Shown: in pieces, positions 1 through 11,300 of the stretch
Layout of the letters: every line of letters begins with the position of its first letter
Position numbering within the stretch: the stretch's first letter is position 1
NCBI GenBank assembly: GCA_000708835.1
Contig: DF236976.1
Span: forward strand, 186,001-250,000
Direction: 5' to 3'
Source: Klebsormidium nitens
Taxonomy: Eukaryota; Plantae; Klebsormidiophyceae
DNA length: 64,000 bases
Notes under the pieces: model-generated
What the model saw: only the letters and a program-made list of their open reading frames with translations
Database searches by the model: none
Told to the model about the DNA's origin: nothing
Position numbers and translations under genes: made by a program

Positions 1-3000
1 TTCAGCGAGGGACATAAATTCTGTGCGCGAACAAGTAGTGGAGTTGTTTGTTCTTCTAGTAAGGAAGACAGTTTACATGAGAGGAAGAGCCAGCGTCCTT
101 CTCAGCAGAGTTGCAATGGCAGGAATGCTTGGTGCCTTCACAGGAGGCTTGGCTACCCTCAACTTTTAGTCGTCATGCACAGTGAAAAGCCCCTGCCGAA
201 ACTGAGAACGAACCAATGGACGTAATCGACCTTCAGGATTGGAGCGAATAAATCGACATATATGTGAATTTTAGGTCAGACCCGCCTGCTCTTGCTTCAT
301 TCAGGACCTTCAGGCGACTCGTGAAACAGATAGGAACCCTCAGCATAACCTCCAATAATTGATCAATCTCCCGGCTCATTGGTGCGAAGGAAACATTCTA
401 CTTATAGCCTGTCCCCAACACTGCGAACTCCCAAACCTTCAGACCCCAAAGCTAAAAAAGCTGGAAAAGCATAACCTCAAAAGCTGATTCTTCGCTCGAG
501 GAGGCAGTAGTACCTCGGGCCCGGTTTCCACGTCGTCCCCATGCGCTCTCCGTTTCAGCAGGTCCTGCATCCGCTTCTGCGTGAGCGTCGCGTCGGAGCC
601 CTCGATGTGCGCCAGGCACTGCTCCAACAGCTGGTATGCTGCGTCGGTCACATCGCCCAGCAGCTGGCGCGACTTCTTGTGGCACTGCCGCATGTGGCTG
701 GGTGAGGGAACGAGGAGAGAAGACTTAGAAGCTTTGTGAGATTCAGTCCACTTATGCTAGGCTGCTCCTGCGACTTCTTGTGGCGCTGCCGCATGTGGCT
801 GGGGAGAAGAAGCAGAAACAGGGATGAGTCATCATCAAGTATTATTGCTGAAGGGGCCTAAGGCAATTATCGATATGGAAAGCTAGCTCCAGCAAAGAAA
901 TGCAACCCTCCTCACAGAGCGAAAGGCAAAGTACATCTCAGAGCCTCTTGACACAAGCAGCCAGAGCAGGCTTCTAGCTAGTCGGGGGGAAACTGAAAGC
1001 AAGCCTCTTGAAACAAGCAGCCACAGCAGCCTCCTAGCTAGTTGGCGAAGTAACGAGCCGCACCTCTGCACCTTTTCTAAGCGTCCTAGACCAAAGAGGA
1101 AGAGGGACCGCTTGAACGCCTCCCGTTCCGGATCCGTCCACGGGGCTTGGCTTCGTGGGGCATCGATCGGCCCAGTCTCGACCGAGGCCGCCAGCTCGTT
1201 CTGGATCATGCGCCGCATCTTGGCGAGGTCCTGACGTCAGCAAAGGCTGGGTTAAGTGAGGCACTAGTAGGCCGGAATCCCAATCTCAGATCCTTTCTCC
1301 GAGTGAGTGACCGGTGATCCACGCAACTCTATGGAACGCCCGAAGATGATTTGGTGACAGCTGGATTATTTAAGTTCGTAAGGAAGAGGCGACCTTTGAC
1401 AGTTTGCACAGCTGCCGTTGCGTCTTCAAGGCAGGCAGAATTGCTCACAATTACCAGATTACGTAAGCTGATCGTCTTCGACTGAGATAAGTTCTCTCGC
1501 ACACAACAAGTATCAAACACTCTATTGCCCTTGGATGCCCTCCCGACTCAAAGCCGTCAACAGAGCATGTCGGATGGCAGGCAACAAGATTCTGGCTGGC
1601 CACAAGCTACCGACCACTTTGAATTTGAAGCAGACGGGCCAATGGAAAGGCCATTGGTGAGAAGAATTGCTTCACGAGCAATTGTGTCGCAGCCCCAAGT
1701 ATGCTCACCTCCTCTTCAGGCGTTAAGAAAAGCACGGTCTGTCCTTCTTGCCCCTCGTCCCCTGGCTTCACGTACTTGCCGTGCGTTTTGGCCACCCCCT
1801 TATCTTTCCTCGTCTTCCGTCGCCGCACCAGCACTCCCTCCGCATTTTCCGTCACATCCTCTTCCCCCTCAGACGATTGCCTCCGCCTTTTCTCCTTGAG
1901 CTTCTTCCGTCGTATGACGATGTTTCCGGACTGCCCCCTCATGAACAGATTGCCGTCCTCGGACTTCTGCCACAGGCGCTTGGGACCTGAGGAAAGCTTG
2001 GGCGCGTGGAGCTTTTTAAAGAGGGCCACGAAAGGGGGGGGTTCTGAGGAAGGGGGGGCAGAACCGGGGGCTTCGCGGGCCTCGTCGAAGAGGAACTCGG
2101 TGAGGGGGACGACATACCCGGGGGCTGGAGCTTCAAAGTCCTGTTGACAACTTCAACACAGTCAGTCGTGTTATGGAAGCGAGCCTGAACAAAGCCTTCT
2201 GGTGTCATCAGATCATGAAAGTGACGTTAAAAAAGCTCTGCCTGCGACACCCAGACCAGACGTGTATCCTGCAATTTGTGTGGATACTGCTGGGTTACCA
2301 TGTTATCCAACAGAACCAAACAAAGGGATATTGCTTGTAAAATCACTTAGCTAAGCAACCTGAACAAAAGATGCGGATGCTTAGGTGAGTTTACCCCTGC
2401 CTCTATGGAGAAGCAAAGAAGAAAGAAGGAAGAGAGAAAGAAAGAACCGAAGTGGACACTGAAAAGTAGCTTACCTGTCGCCACTGTTTCTGCAGTGCCA
2501 ACAACTCCCCACAGAAAGCCAGGCACTCGTCTCCGTACAGGTCCCCCATCTCACGGAAGCCCCGCCTTCGCGCCGCCGCTTGCCCCTCCGGGGTTCTCTC
2601 ATCCAGGTCATCCTCCGATCCCTCACTCTCCAGGTCAGATGGAATTGTTGAGACCTCGAGGTTTGATCCTAGCGGGGGGCCAGGCTGAAAGGGCTTTCTA
2701 GGCTTCCGCTGGGGGGGCACTTTCTCCCCTGCGCTGTCGGTCTCAGTTTCTGAGCCGCCAGATCTCGCCCCTTCCAAGATTCCTGCAAACCACCGGTATT
2801 TTGATGGGTATAGACAATTGGTAGGCACTAGAAACATCCAGACTTTAAAGAGTTGACGCGGCAGAGTGAAAGCTTCCCATCCATTTCATGACAGAATAAG
2901 GAAGAGCGGACCAGTTTAAAGCATGTAAGACACACCTCAATGCAGCCAGATATGTCGTTCTTGGCCATTTGATGGTTGTCCAACTGAGATGGCAATCTCC

Positions 3001-3373
3001 GCTCACCACCACTGAACAAGATTTCCACAAACAGTCAGCCACCCAACCAATGCAGACTCTCTCACTATTCCAGATTGTTTGTCCATCTGACCACCGCACC
3101 TTCCTCAACAATTTCAGCCTCTGGCACCACATTTTTGCTCAATTGGGCCTCATTTTCCGCACCTTCCTCTCCTGTGCCCTCCAAACCTGCCTGCTCCATT
3201 TTAACTCGCGCAGTTGCCTCCCCATCGCCGTTCTGTGGCCGCTTCACCTTGCGCTTCTTTGTTCTAACGGGCTCATCCCCATCGCTTGGCTTTTTCTTCA
3301 CTCCGATGCCTTTCACCCCCTTGCGCCAGCCCTTGCCCTGGCCAGCAAACGCAGATTTCTTGGCGCCCGTCAT
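1..3373 (-). CDS. Multi-exon gene, 3' end outside the window; acidic/basic low-complexity protein with a CHD6-9-like SANT domain
   Basis: Spliceable in-frame exons at ~3373-3100 (MTGAKKSAFAG...), ~2785-2475, ~2142-1705, ~1231-1064 (WTDPEREAFKRSLFLFGLGRLEKVQ) and ~697-510 (HMRQCHKKSRQLLGDVTDAAYQLLEQCLAHIEG). The W-x-x-x-E...F-G-x-G-R pattern followed by DV...LL..CL resembles the SANT region of CHD7-family remodelers. The start codon is uncertain. Confidence 0.6.
942..1042. repeat. Intronic tandem duplication, ~41-bp unit at 60-bp spacing
   Basis: agcctcttgacacaagcagccagagcaggcttctagctagt (942-982) versus agcctcttgaaacaagcagccacagcagcctcctagctagt (1002-1042). Confidence 0.85.
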
Positions 3374-3949
3374 TGCATTCCGTGAGGCACCCAACTCAGA
3401 TTCAAAACATGTGGCTTAAATGCTTCAAAGGTCCCTCCGGCTCGTCCTGTTGAAATCATCAAAGGTTGAACCGCCAACCACAACAGACTTCACCTCAGAA
3501 GAGGTCCTCAACACGGAAGATGTTCATGACATTCTGCCATAGCCTCGATGAAAATCCGAGCCTGAAAGTTGGAAATTGGAAGGTCAACAATGGGCGACTC
3601 AAGACTTGCACCCTGTCAGTGTGATAAAATCTGGTCCCAGAGTCATACCGTCATACGTCCATACATGTTGACCCCCAAACTGATTTGATCCATTATTCAG
3701 CTAATAATGTAGGCTTTCGATGTATTCCGGGGGCGCTGTTCCGCTCGCGATGTTCGATCTTGCCTTTTCAGTGCCATGCTTTCCGTTCCGCTCCAATCCA
3801 GCGCTCACCCGGATCTCCGCAAAGCCTCGCAGAACCGACCGGAAGATACTCAGTTGCAGCCCCGCAGGGAAGTCCATTGGTATTTTATATGACTGTTCAG
3901 GTTTCCGGGTTATAGGACCCTAGGCAATTATAAGCGCAGAGGAATTTGG

Positions 3950-6900
3950 ATGACGGAATTACGACTCAACTTCTTTGTCCACCTTTGCTTCACGCTTTAC
4001 CAGCATTCACTACATTGCAGACGAAGTGCGCTGCAGATCAGGCGTTTTGTCAAAAGAAGAAGCTGTTTTAGAAGAAGTGGACACTCAGGTACATACTCTT
4101 TGGCGGCTTCTGTTTTGCTAGTGAACAAGACAGCTTACCCCGTTCTCTTCTTCACCTAAGGTGGAGCTCAAATTGACAAAGTTGTCAAAGTGGTGGTGCT
4201 CACTGCTACAGCCTCAGGTAATCATCAGATTGCAGATTATCAAGCAGCTCCAGGCATCAGCAATTGTGTCGTAGTTGAAAAGGAAGCACCAGGCTCCGTG
4301 GATCAGCCATTGGACACAATGGAGAGGGCAGTTCAGGCGGTCGAAGATTCCGACTCCCTGTCGGGGAAATACTGTTACTTTCCTAGAGATCTGGGACTGA
4401 ATACTTACGGTGGAGATGTATCGTGTCTGCAACAGTTTCTAAGTCATGAGGTAGGTGAATTGCATTGTTTTGCTGACTTAAAGGGGGCGTCTACCCTACG
4501 TCATAACCGGTCACCTTTTAGCAGGGGCACTGCTCGGGGGAAACACCGCTGATACCAAGTTCTTGGCGACAACCTACCATAAATTCTCACTTTGATGTCG
4601 CTTATGTGACGTCAGGGGGGACCGGTCCCCCAACGCCCTCTTTAAAGCACAAATCTATCAAGTTGGTGGAAGTTTCAAACTAAGGCACTCTGATTTACCA
4701 CAACCGTGCCGTTTTGTGATGCATTTCTTGAAGGCGTCTGGCAATCTGGTTATAGCTAAGGTCAATTTCTGTGATGATCGGGTTGATGGAACAATCGTAC
4801 GATGCAAGGAATGCACACTCACTGCCGATGTATAAGCAGTACCTTTATGGGCCACAATTGTATGAGGGGGGCCAACCTGATCGATTTGGGCGCAATTGCA
4901 CCAGGGGAAGTGCTGATTGAGACTACCATTTTCTTGTTGGCTGCAGGGATACTTTTCGGAAGAACCGACAGGCTTTTATGGCACCCAAACAAAAGATGCA
5001 GTTGCAAAGTGGCAGGTAAGCGTCTGCCTCATTAGTACCTTCAGAAGTCTTGCTTGACCTCAGATAGGAGGCGACGAGCGAGACGCTGGCGCCACGCTGG
5101 GGGACCCTTGAGCCCCGCACAAATTTGTGATGTGGAAAACCTTTGCAAAGGGGCACAATGCCAATTCTTCATCCATACTTCTCCTGCAACAAGAATCTTG
5201 TACGTTATGTTATGAAAGACTCTGGGGCAGAACCAATGTTGGGGCCATATGGGGCCTACTTTGCGGCTTCACTCATGCTCTGTAGTTTGCTTTCATGACA
5301 AGACCCTCAAGGGAATTGCAGGTTATGAAATCTCTCGAGAGTGGTTACTAGGTGTATTCAGTCATTGCCTTGGCTGGGTTGGAAATGGCTACCTGATGAA
5401 AAGATTGTTATCTTTGAAAGTGCCGAAATGAGCAGGCACCTCGTCGTATTGCTTCAATATGTCGGCGTTTTGTGTCTCCTTATCTTTGGTATTGGCTGCA
5501 CATGAGATGAAGGGTATATACTTCTCTCTTGTGTTTCAAGAGCTGGTTTTCTTGGAAAGAATTTTAGAACTGGGAGAGAATGAAAGTGGCTCCACTCTCT
5601 GCTCTGTTGCAGAAAGCTTCCGGTATAGAGCCAGCTGAAGGTTACATGGGGTACCCGACCCGGCTAGCATACGCCAAGCGATGTAAACTGCCAACTGCGG
5701 AGCAAATGCGTGCGGTCGAGGCCTCTTTGGATAACGATGTAAGCATTGTTTTCTGTCAAAGCGACAGCCGACGGACTGTTACAAACAAGAAAATCGGCCC
5801 AACAGCATGCGTTCAAGTCCCAATGGATGGCAAGCGAGTCTGTTCTCTTGGCCTAAGTTTGCACTGATGCTTCCTCGAAAAACTTCTTGCTGAAACGGAG
5901 TAGATTCAGCTTCTTCTACTGTTGGTCAGTCTGGCTCCCTTGCTGCCTTCCTTGAATCTCCTACATTTGAGCTCACAATCTCCATCGATACGGTTTTCAT
6001 CAGCTCAAAAGGATGTGGGCAACCTCCCAACGTTGGTCGTTGCTGTCTTGCAGAATGTGAGTGAGAAGTTGTGTATAGACGTGTACTCGGCCCCTGACGA
6101 GTCAGGAACGGAACTCTGCGAAACCCGCTGTGTGAGGTGAGCACTGACGCCACCTCTCTTTGCCTGCAGTTCTCACAACGGCCTTGCATAGAAGTCTGTT
6201 CACGAGCGGACACAGAAGGTGTCGAAAGCTGCGAAAAACGTTTCGTCAGGTATGCAGTCATTCGGAAACGCTTTTAGGCGGTCAGAGTAGAGTCGCCGTT
6301 GAAGGACGACAGATCACATTAGAAAGATTGAATTTGAGTGCTTTGTATTTACTCATACCTGATTGCCACGCGTCCGTGGTTTCTAAGATTTCTATCCAAC
6401 TGGAGTGGCTCGCGTTTGAAGCTACGCATATATTCTTCTTCTGTCCCCTGGGCTTCAATCGAGCAGTGTTGGACATTCTTCAGCGGAAAAAAACCGCTGG
6501 AAAAATGAAAAAGGAGCAAATTTCTAGCAGTTCGTAGCAGCAAAGAAACCTGAAACCTACACTTGCCGCCCAACCTTTGTTACTCTGTTGCAGGACGAAC
6601 GAACAAAAGGTGCACGCCTGCAGAGAAGCTTGTCAAGTCGCATACAGTAAAGCATGCAACAAGGTGAGAGACACAAAACAAGCTAGGACGGCTTTATTCC
6701 GGTGCTTCAGTCCTTCACTTTCGAGGGCCACGTTGCTTCTCAACTCACTTAGACTGGTTGAAGGTAGATTGATTGTCGTAGTGCCATATCTATTGTCTCT
6801 GCGGCTTGCTTTCTGGTCGATGGACCGTCTGCCCTTGGTATGATATCCAGCTTTTTGTAGGCAGTTGTGATCGTTCAATTTCAACAGTCCATGCCTCCTC

Positions 6901-7267
6901 TCTTTGGATTGTCAGTCCGGAAGTTATATCCGATAAGAGCTCACATCGGGTAGTAAGAGCTACCTGAGAACGGACGTCCTTCCCTTTCCGCAATTGCTTC
7001 TGTGGACACTCTCAGTTGCGAAGGACGACACTGCAATGCGTAGAGGACGCAGCGCATTCGAGTCCGTTCCTACTTTCATTCCAGTGTGCACGTCCGCTTG
7101 AGCGATCGGAAGGAATTCGCGAAGGACGCCGCTGACGTAGTTTAGGTATGTCGCCCCTCCTACAGGCGTTTCCAGCGGGGAAGACCTTCCCGGAAGGTGC
7201 TGACTACAAGGCTTGTCTTCGAAAACTACCATCCGTCTGCAAGAAAACGTGTGCTCATTACGAGTAG
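3950..7267 (+). CDS. Peptidoglycan-binding domain (PG_binding_1-like) protein with Cys-rich C-terminus, probably plastid-targeted
   Basis: Exons 4161-4450, 4948-5015 and 5613-5738 join to RDLGLNTYGGDVSCLQQFLSHE/GYFSEEPTGFYGTQTKDAVAKWQ/KASGIEPAEGYMGYPTRLAY, the PG_binding_1 pattern. Later exons 6054-6131, 6170-6249, ~6595-6662 and 7166-7267 (TAG) are Cys-rich. The start is uncertain (ATG 3950, or 3720/3750). Confidence 0.75.
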
Positions 7268-8249
7268 CGTTGTCCAACGCCGTACGAAAGACAGACAGTC
7301 AAGTAGCTTGATGGCAGTGGAGTCGAAGCGCAGTGACGTATTGAGCGACAAGTCTAATTCTTTTCGACGCGTGTCCTGCCGGGCCAGTTTAATAGAATCT
7401 CTAGGTACATGAGAAGTCTACAAAGTGACGTTGAGACTATTGGATCATATTTCAAAATGTGTTAAAAGTTCGCTTATATGCATGGCAATCATTGAATCAG
7501 AATCCGCATACGATTTACAAGTCTTATTTCAACCTTGAAAGGGCTCGTGCATGACATAGGGCCATCATATTCCAAGGAGTCCGGGTAAGTTTGCCCGCCA
7601 TCCACGTGACGGTGCGACCAATTGGTTCACATTATCACTAAAGTTCTAAGCCAAGTTGCATCCGAGTGATCCCCCGTGTAACAAACATGCGTTTAAGCAG
7701 CGCTGGCGGCTGCATGGCGGGCCGGCCCACGCGGCACCCATAATTCTAATACGATACAGTATACCTGGCGCCGTGCGTACCCTTTACACGCGGTGCAAGT
7801 GCATCATTGAACATGATTGCATATTGGCCATGTCGGTTCACCATTAAGGCCTTTAATTCTATATCGCAATCGTCCGCCCTCATGGCTATGATCTTCTTCT
7901 CTGCCATGCAGCGTTGAACACAATTAAGCAGGGGCCAATTCTTATCAAGCAGCTGTATGTACATGCGGCCCGCGCCCAGGTTGGAGCTTGTCAGGATAAT
8001 CTGCACTGTACTAGCAGGTTTCGTGAACGTACTACCTAATGCACATGTTCTTCAGAATCAGAGACCATGTGATGTAAGTATCAGTGACCGTTGGATCTCT
8101 AAGCTCGCATCGGCCTCGCAATTGTTAAGTTGCATTCTGCAACTTGCTTAAAGCTATAGCCGGCTTTGCAGATTATGTATATACAGCCTTGCAATGTGCG
8201 CAGCAAAGAGTCCTGTGCGCGTATATTTGATCAATCATTATTGACGAAG

Positions 8250-8275
8250 CTGACTGACTGACTGACTGACTGACT
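8250..8275. repeat. (CTGA)6 microsatellite
   Basis: ctgactgactgactgactgactgact read directly. Confidence 0.95.
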
Positions 8276-8390
8276 TAGCCGACGAACCGACTAACTTCGA
8301 GTATAGCCTGTCCGATATCCTTAAACCCCACCACGAGCAGCTAGCAGAAGGCACCACTATTTAAGCTACATATCCCTATTCATGTCTCGA

Positions 8391-11300
8391 CTACCCGTAC
8401 AAACGCTCGAATATCCCCAACCATCCAGTCTTGCTTTGAGACTCTTTCGATGTGGAGGGCTGATCCGCCAGTTTTGCTACGGAATTGCTTTCGGACACCA
8501 GTTCCTCGTCCAACGGCATCGTTCGGCCTTGCTTGGCCAACTGCGAGCGGGCACTTAAAAGGTTAGTACTCGGCTCAAGAAATGGTTCAATTGGAAGTTT
8601 TCAAATAACGAAGGTTTTCTTTGACAAGCTCGTAGCGACAAATACAGTGTCCAATCCTTCGAACGTCAGTATTCGAAGACTTGCAGTGCGCATCTCGCTC
8701 GGCTTGACTTACACGAGAGCACAGACAAAAATGAAGGCGGGAGCAACTAAAAGCAAGGAGCTCCCGACGCCTCAAGGCCCTCTGATTCTGTCGGCTGACC
8801 TCTACCTCACTGCTTGTTGTCGCACTCTGTGCTATCGTTGTAACTCCTTGATGCGTTGCAGAATTTTATATGACCCTCGAAGTTTGGATTTGCATCGGTC
8901 CTAACCGGGGCATTGTAACGTTAAAAAGAGGACGCGCATAGCTCACTGCAGGGCGTACAAGCTTCTCGCTTTGAAAAGGTGTCGGATCTGGAAGCCTTGG
9001 AAATCAAACAAGCAGGCATGAACGCGGGAAACCGTCCTTAAATACAGAGAGCATATATAGCAGAGTGGCCCGGAAAGCTGTCCTTGTGACAAAGCGAGAT
9101 CAAAAACAAAATGGCGAGACTCAAGCCGCGAAGTAGTCGAGCACACAAGGCCAGAGGGCCTATGCAAGCAAAGAGATGCACCCATTTGACGAAGATATAA
9201 GTAGAGCGTAGAATCTGGAAGCTGAAAAGCTCACGCTGATGTGTTCCTGCAGCACTTCGTACGCTTGCGCCACGTGTTCCACCAGCAGCCGCTCGGGGAA
9301 CGCGTCCTCCAGGCTCACGTCCGGAACTGTGACCGCCCCGTCCGGCCACGTCATAAAGTCGGCGTCCGCAAGGTACAGGCTCGCTTGGACGTCCGGCCCG
9401 CAGCGCTCGGACGTCAGGAAGCGCACCGCGAAGCGCTTGAGCGCGTGCGCGAAGACGTCGGCCGAGAGCGGGCCCCCGTGCAGGTCCGTCGACGCCAGCA
9501 GCTCCCGGCGGACGTCCGGTGGGAGCGGCGCGCGGTACGCGGCCGCGTCGAGGCCGTCCGAAGACGCCAGGATGACGTCCGCGACGCACTCCTCTAGGGT
9601 CTCGTAGAGGGCCGCCACGTGGCGGAGCTGGAAGCCCCCGAGGAAGGGCTCTTCGAAGTGTCGAATGGCGTAGTCGGGGAGCCACTGCTGCGCGTATTCG
9701 ACGAGGCTTTGGTTCGGATCGCCGCCGGTCTTCTTGAGCATTGAGAGGGCCACGCCGAAGGCCCCGAGAAGGGCCGCGGTGTCGCGCCGCGCGGCCGCGA
9801 GCGCACGGAACGCTCGCGCGCGTTCCGGTGAGAAGGTCTCCTGGGGGATCTTCTGGGCGACGTCGGACAGCAAAGTGGCTGACACGTGGCGGAAGAGCTC
9901 GAGGCGGTAGGGGAACTCACGGATGTTGTCCTGGAGACGGTTTGAGGACCCTCGATCAGGTCAAGGCTTGTGGGTTAGCGTTACGAGCGTTTAACCTTGA
10001 CCTGAATTCTTTCTGCATCAATGCAGTGCGCAGCTCATTCAAAAACAGCGAAAAACGCTAAGTTTTAAGTCGAGACTGACTGTGAGATACTCGGTGTCAT
10101 TTAACGACGAGTTTCCACGAATCAAGACGAAACAGCTTCCTAGCAGTCTACAGGATGCCTGGTTTCAAAACACTGGCTGAGGCCCTCAAGTGATTTGGTA
10201 TTAAGCCAGATTAACATGCCAGCATTTCGATTGATTTGCATTCAACCAGGTCCATTGATCCGGCAAAGTACCATCAAAACGGCATTAGGCGATTGGTGGT
10301 AAGCATTGGATGCATAGGCGATCATGCATCCGATACGGTGCCTCCGAAAGTCCACCTTTTCAAGCACAGTCCACAAAAAGGTAAGGATTTGGAAGAACCT
10401 GTCGCCACACACCGACGGATCTTCATAACACCAGCACAGGAGCCAGCCGGAAGGACCGCAAGAACTCGGCGCTCGTTCGCTGCTTTTTCGCTTGAAAGCC
10501 CCGTTGAATCCAACTCTTCCGAAGCTTCGTCGAAGAGGCCAGCCGAGAGCTGCCCAGCAGAGCTCACCGTTTGGAGGAGCGCCTTTCCGGCGACCAGCGC
10601 TCCCGCGAGCTCTGCCTCGATACCGCCGAAGTCGTACAGCACTTCCTGGCCCCGCCCGAAGTCGGGATGGCAGCAGCTGTGCCGCTCGTACAGCGACTCG
10701 TCTCGCACGTAATTGATCACTTGGTGGGGCTGCGAAAGAATCAAAACCTGATGGTATGAGCGAGTGAATTGGATTCTCGATGATCTCCGCTTTTGCAAAC
10801 GGAAGCTGCCGTGTTTGGCAATCCCACTGGTCAGAAGGTTTTCTGAGTAAGCATAGCTTTTTGGCAGCCGGAAGACTGAGTAGATCCGTCACGCTATGTG
10901 ATCGGCCTCTGCTCCAAGCAATTCTTTAAGGGATTACCATCTGCGGCGACCGGTTCAGCACGCCCACACCATGAAAGACTTTTTTAAGAGGATCCTTGTC
11001 GTTCTATGAGCCACTTCTGAAGGCAATCCTGAAGAGATTCATGCGCCCAAGCAATCTCATCCGTGGCTCCTATCGAATGCGCTTTTTGCACGTTCATCTC
11101 CAAACGGGCTCTCTAAGACGACTCTTAGGAGTCCATCGACCGCTCTCAGGAAAGGGATACTCAACGATTCAAAACAGCAACATCTCCGTTTTCTTCGATG
11201 ACTTCAAGGCCCTACTTACCTGCACGTCTTGCAGCGCCACCTCCGGCAGCTTGCCCGCGCGCTCCGCCCCTGTTCCATACTGCAGGTCCCGAAGCGCCGC

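Noticed and set aside
10242-10892. 216-aa minus-strand ORF overlapping an RNF213-like intron and exon
   Set aside because: It is out of frame with the real exon 10729-10568 and has no recognisable domain.
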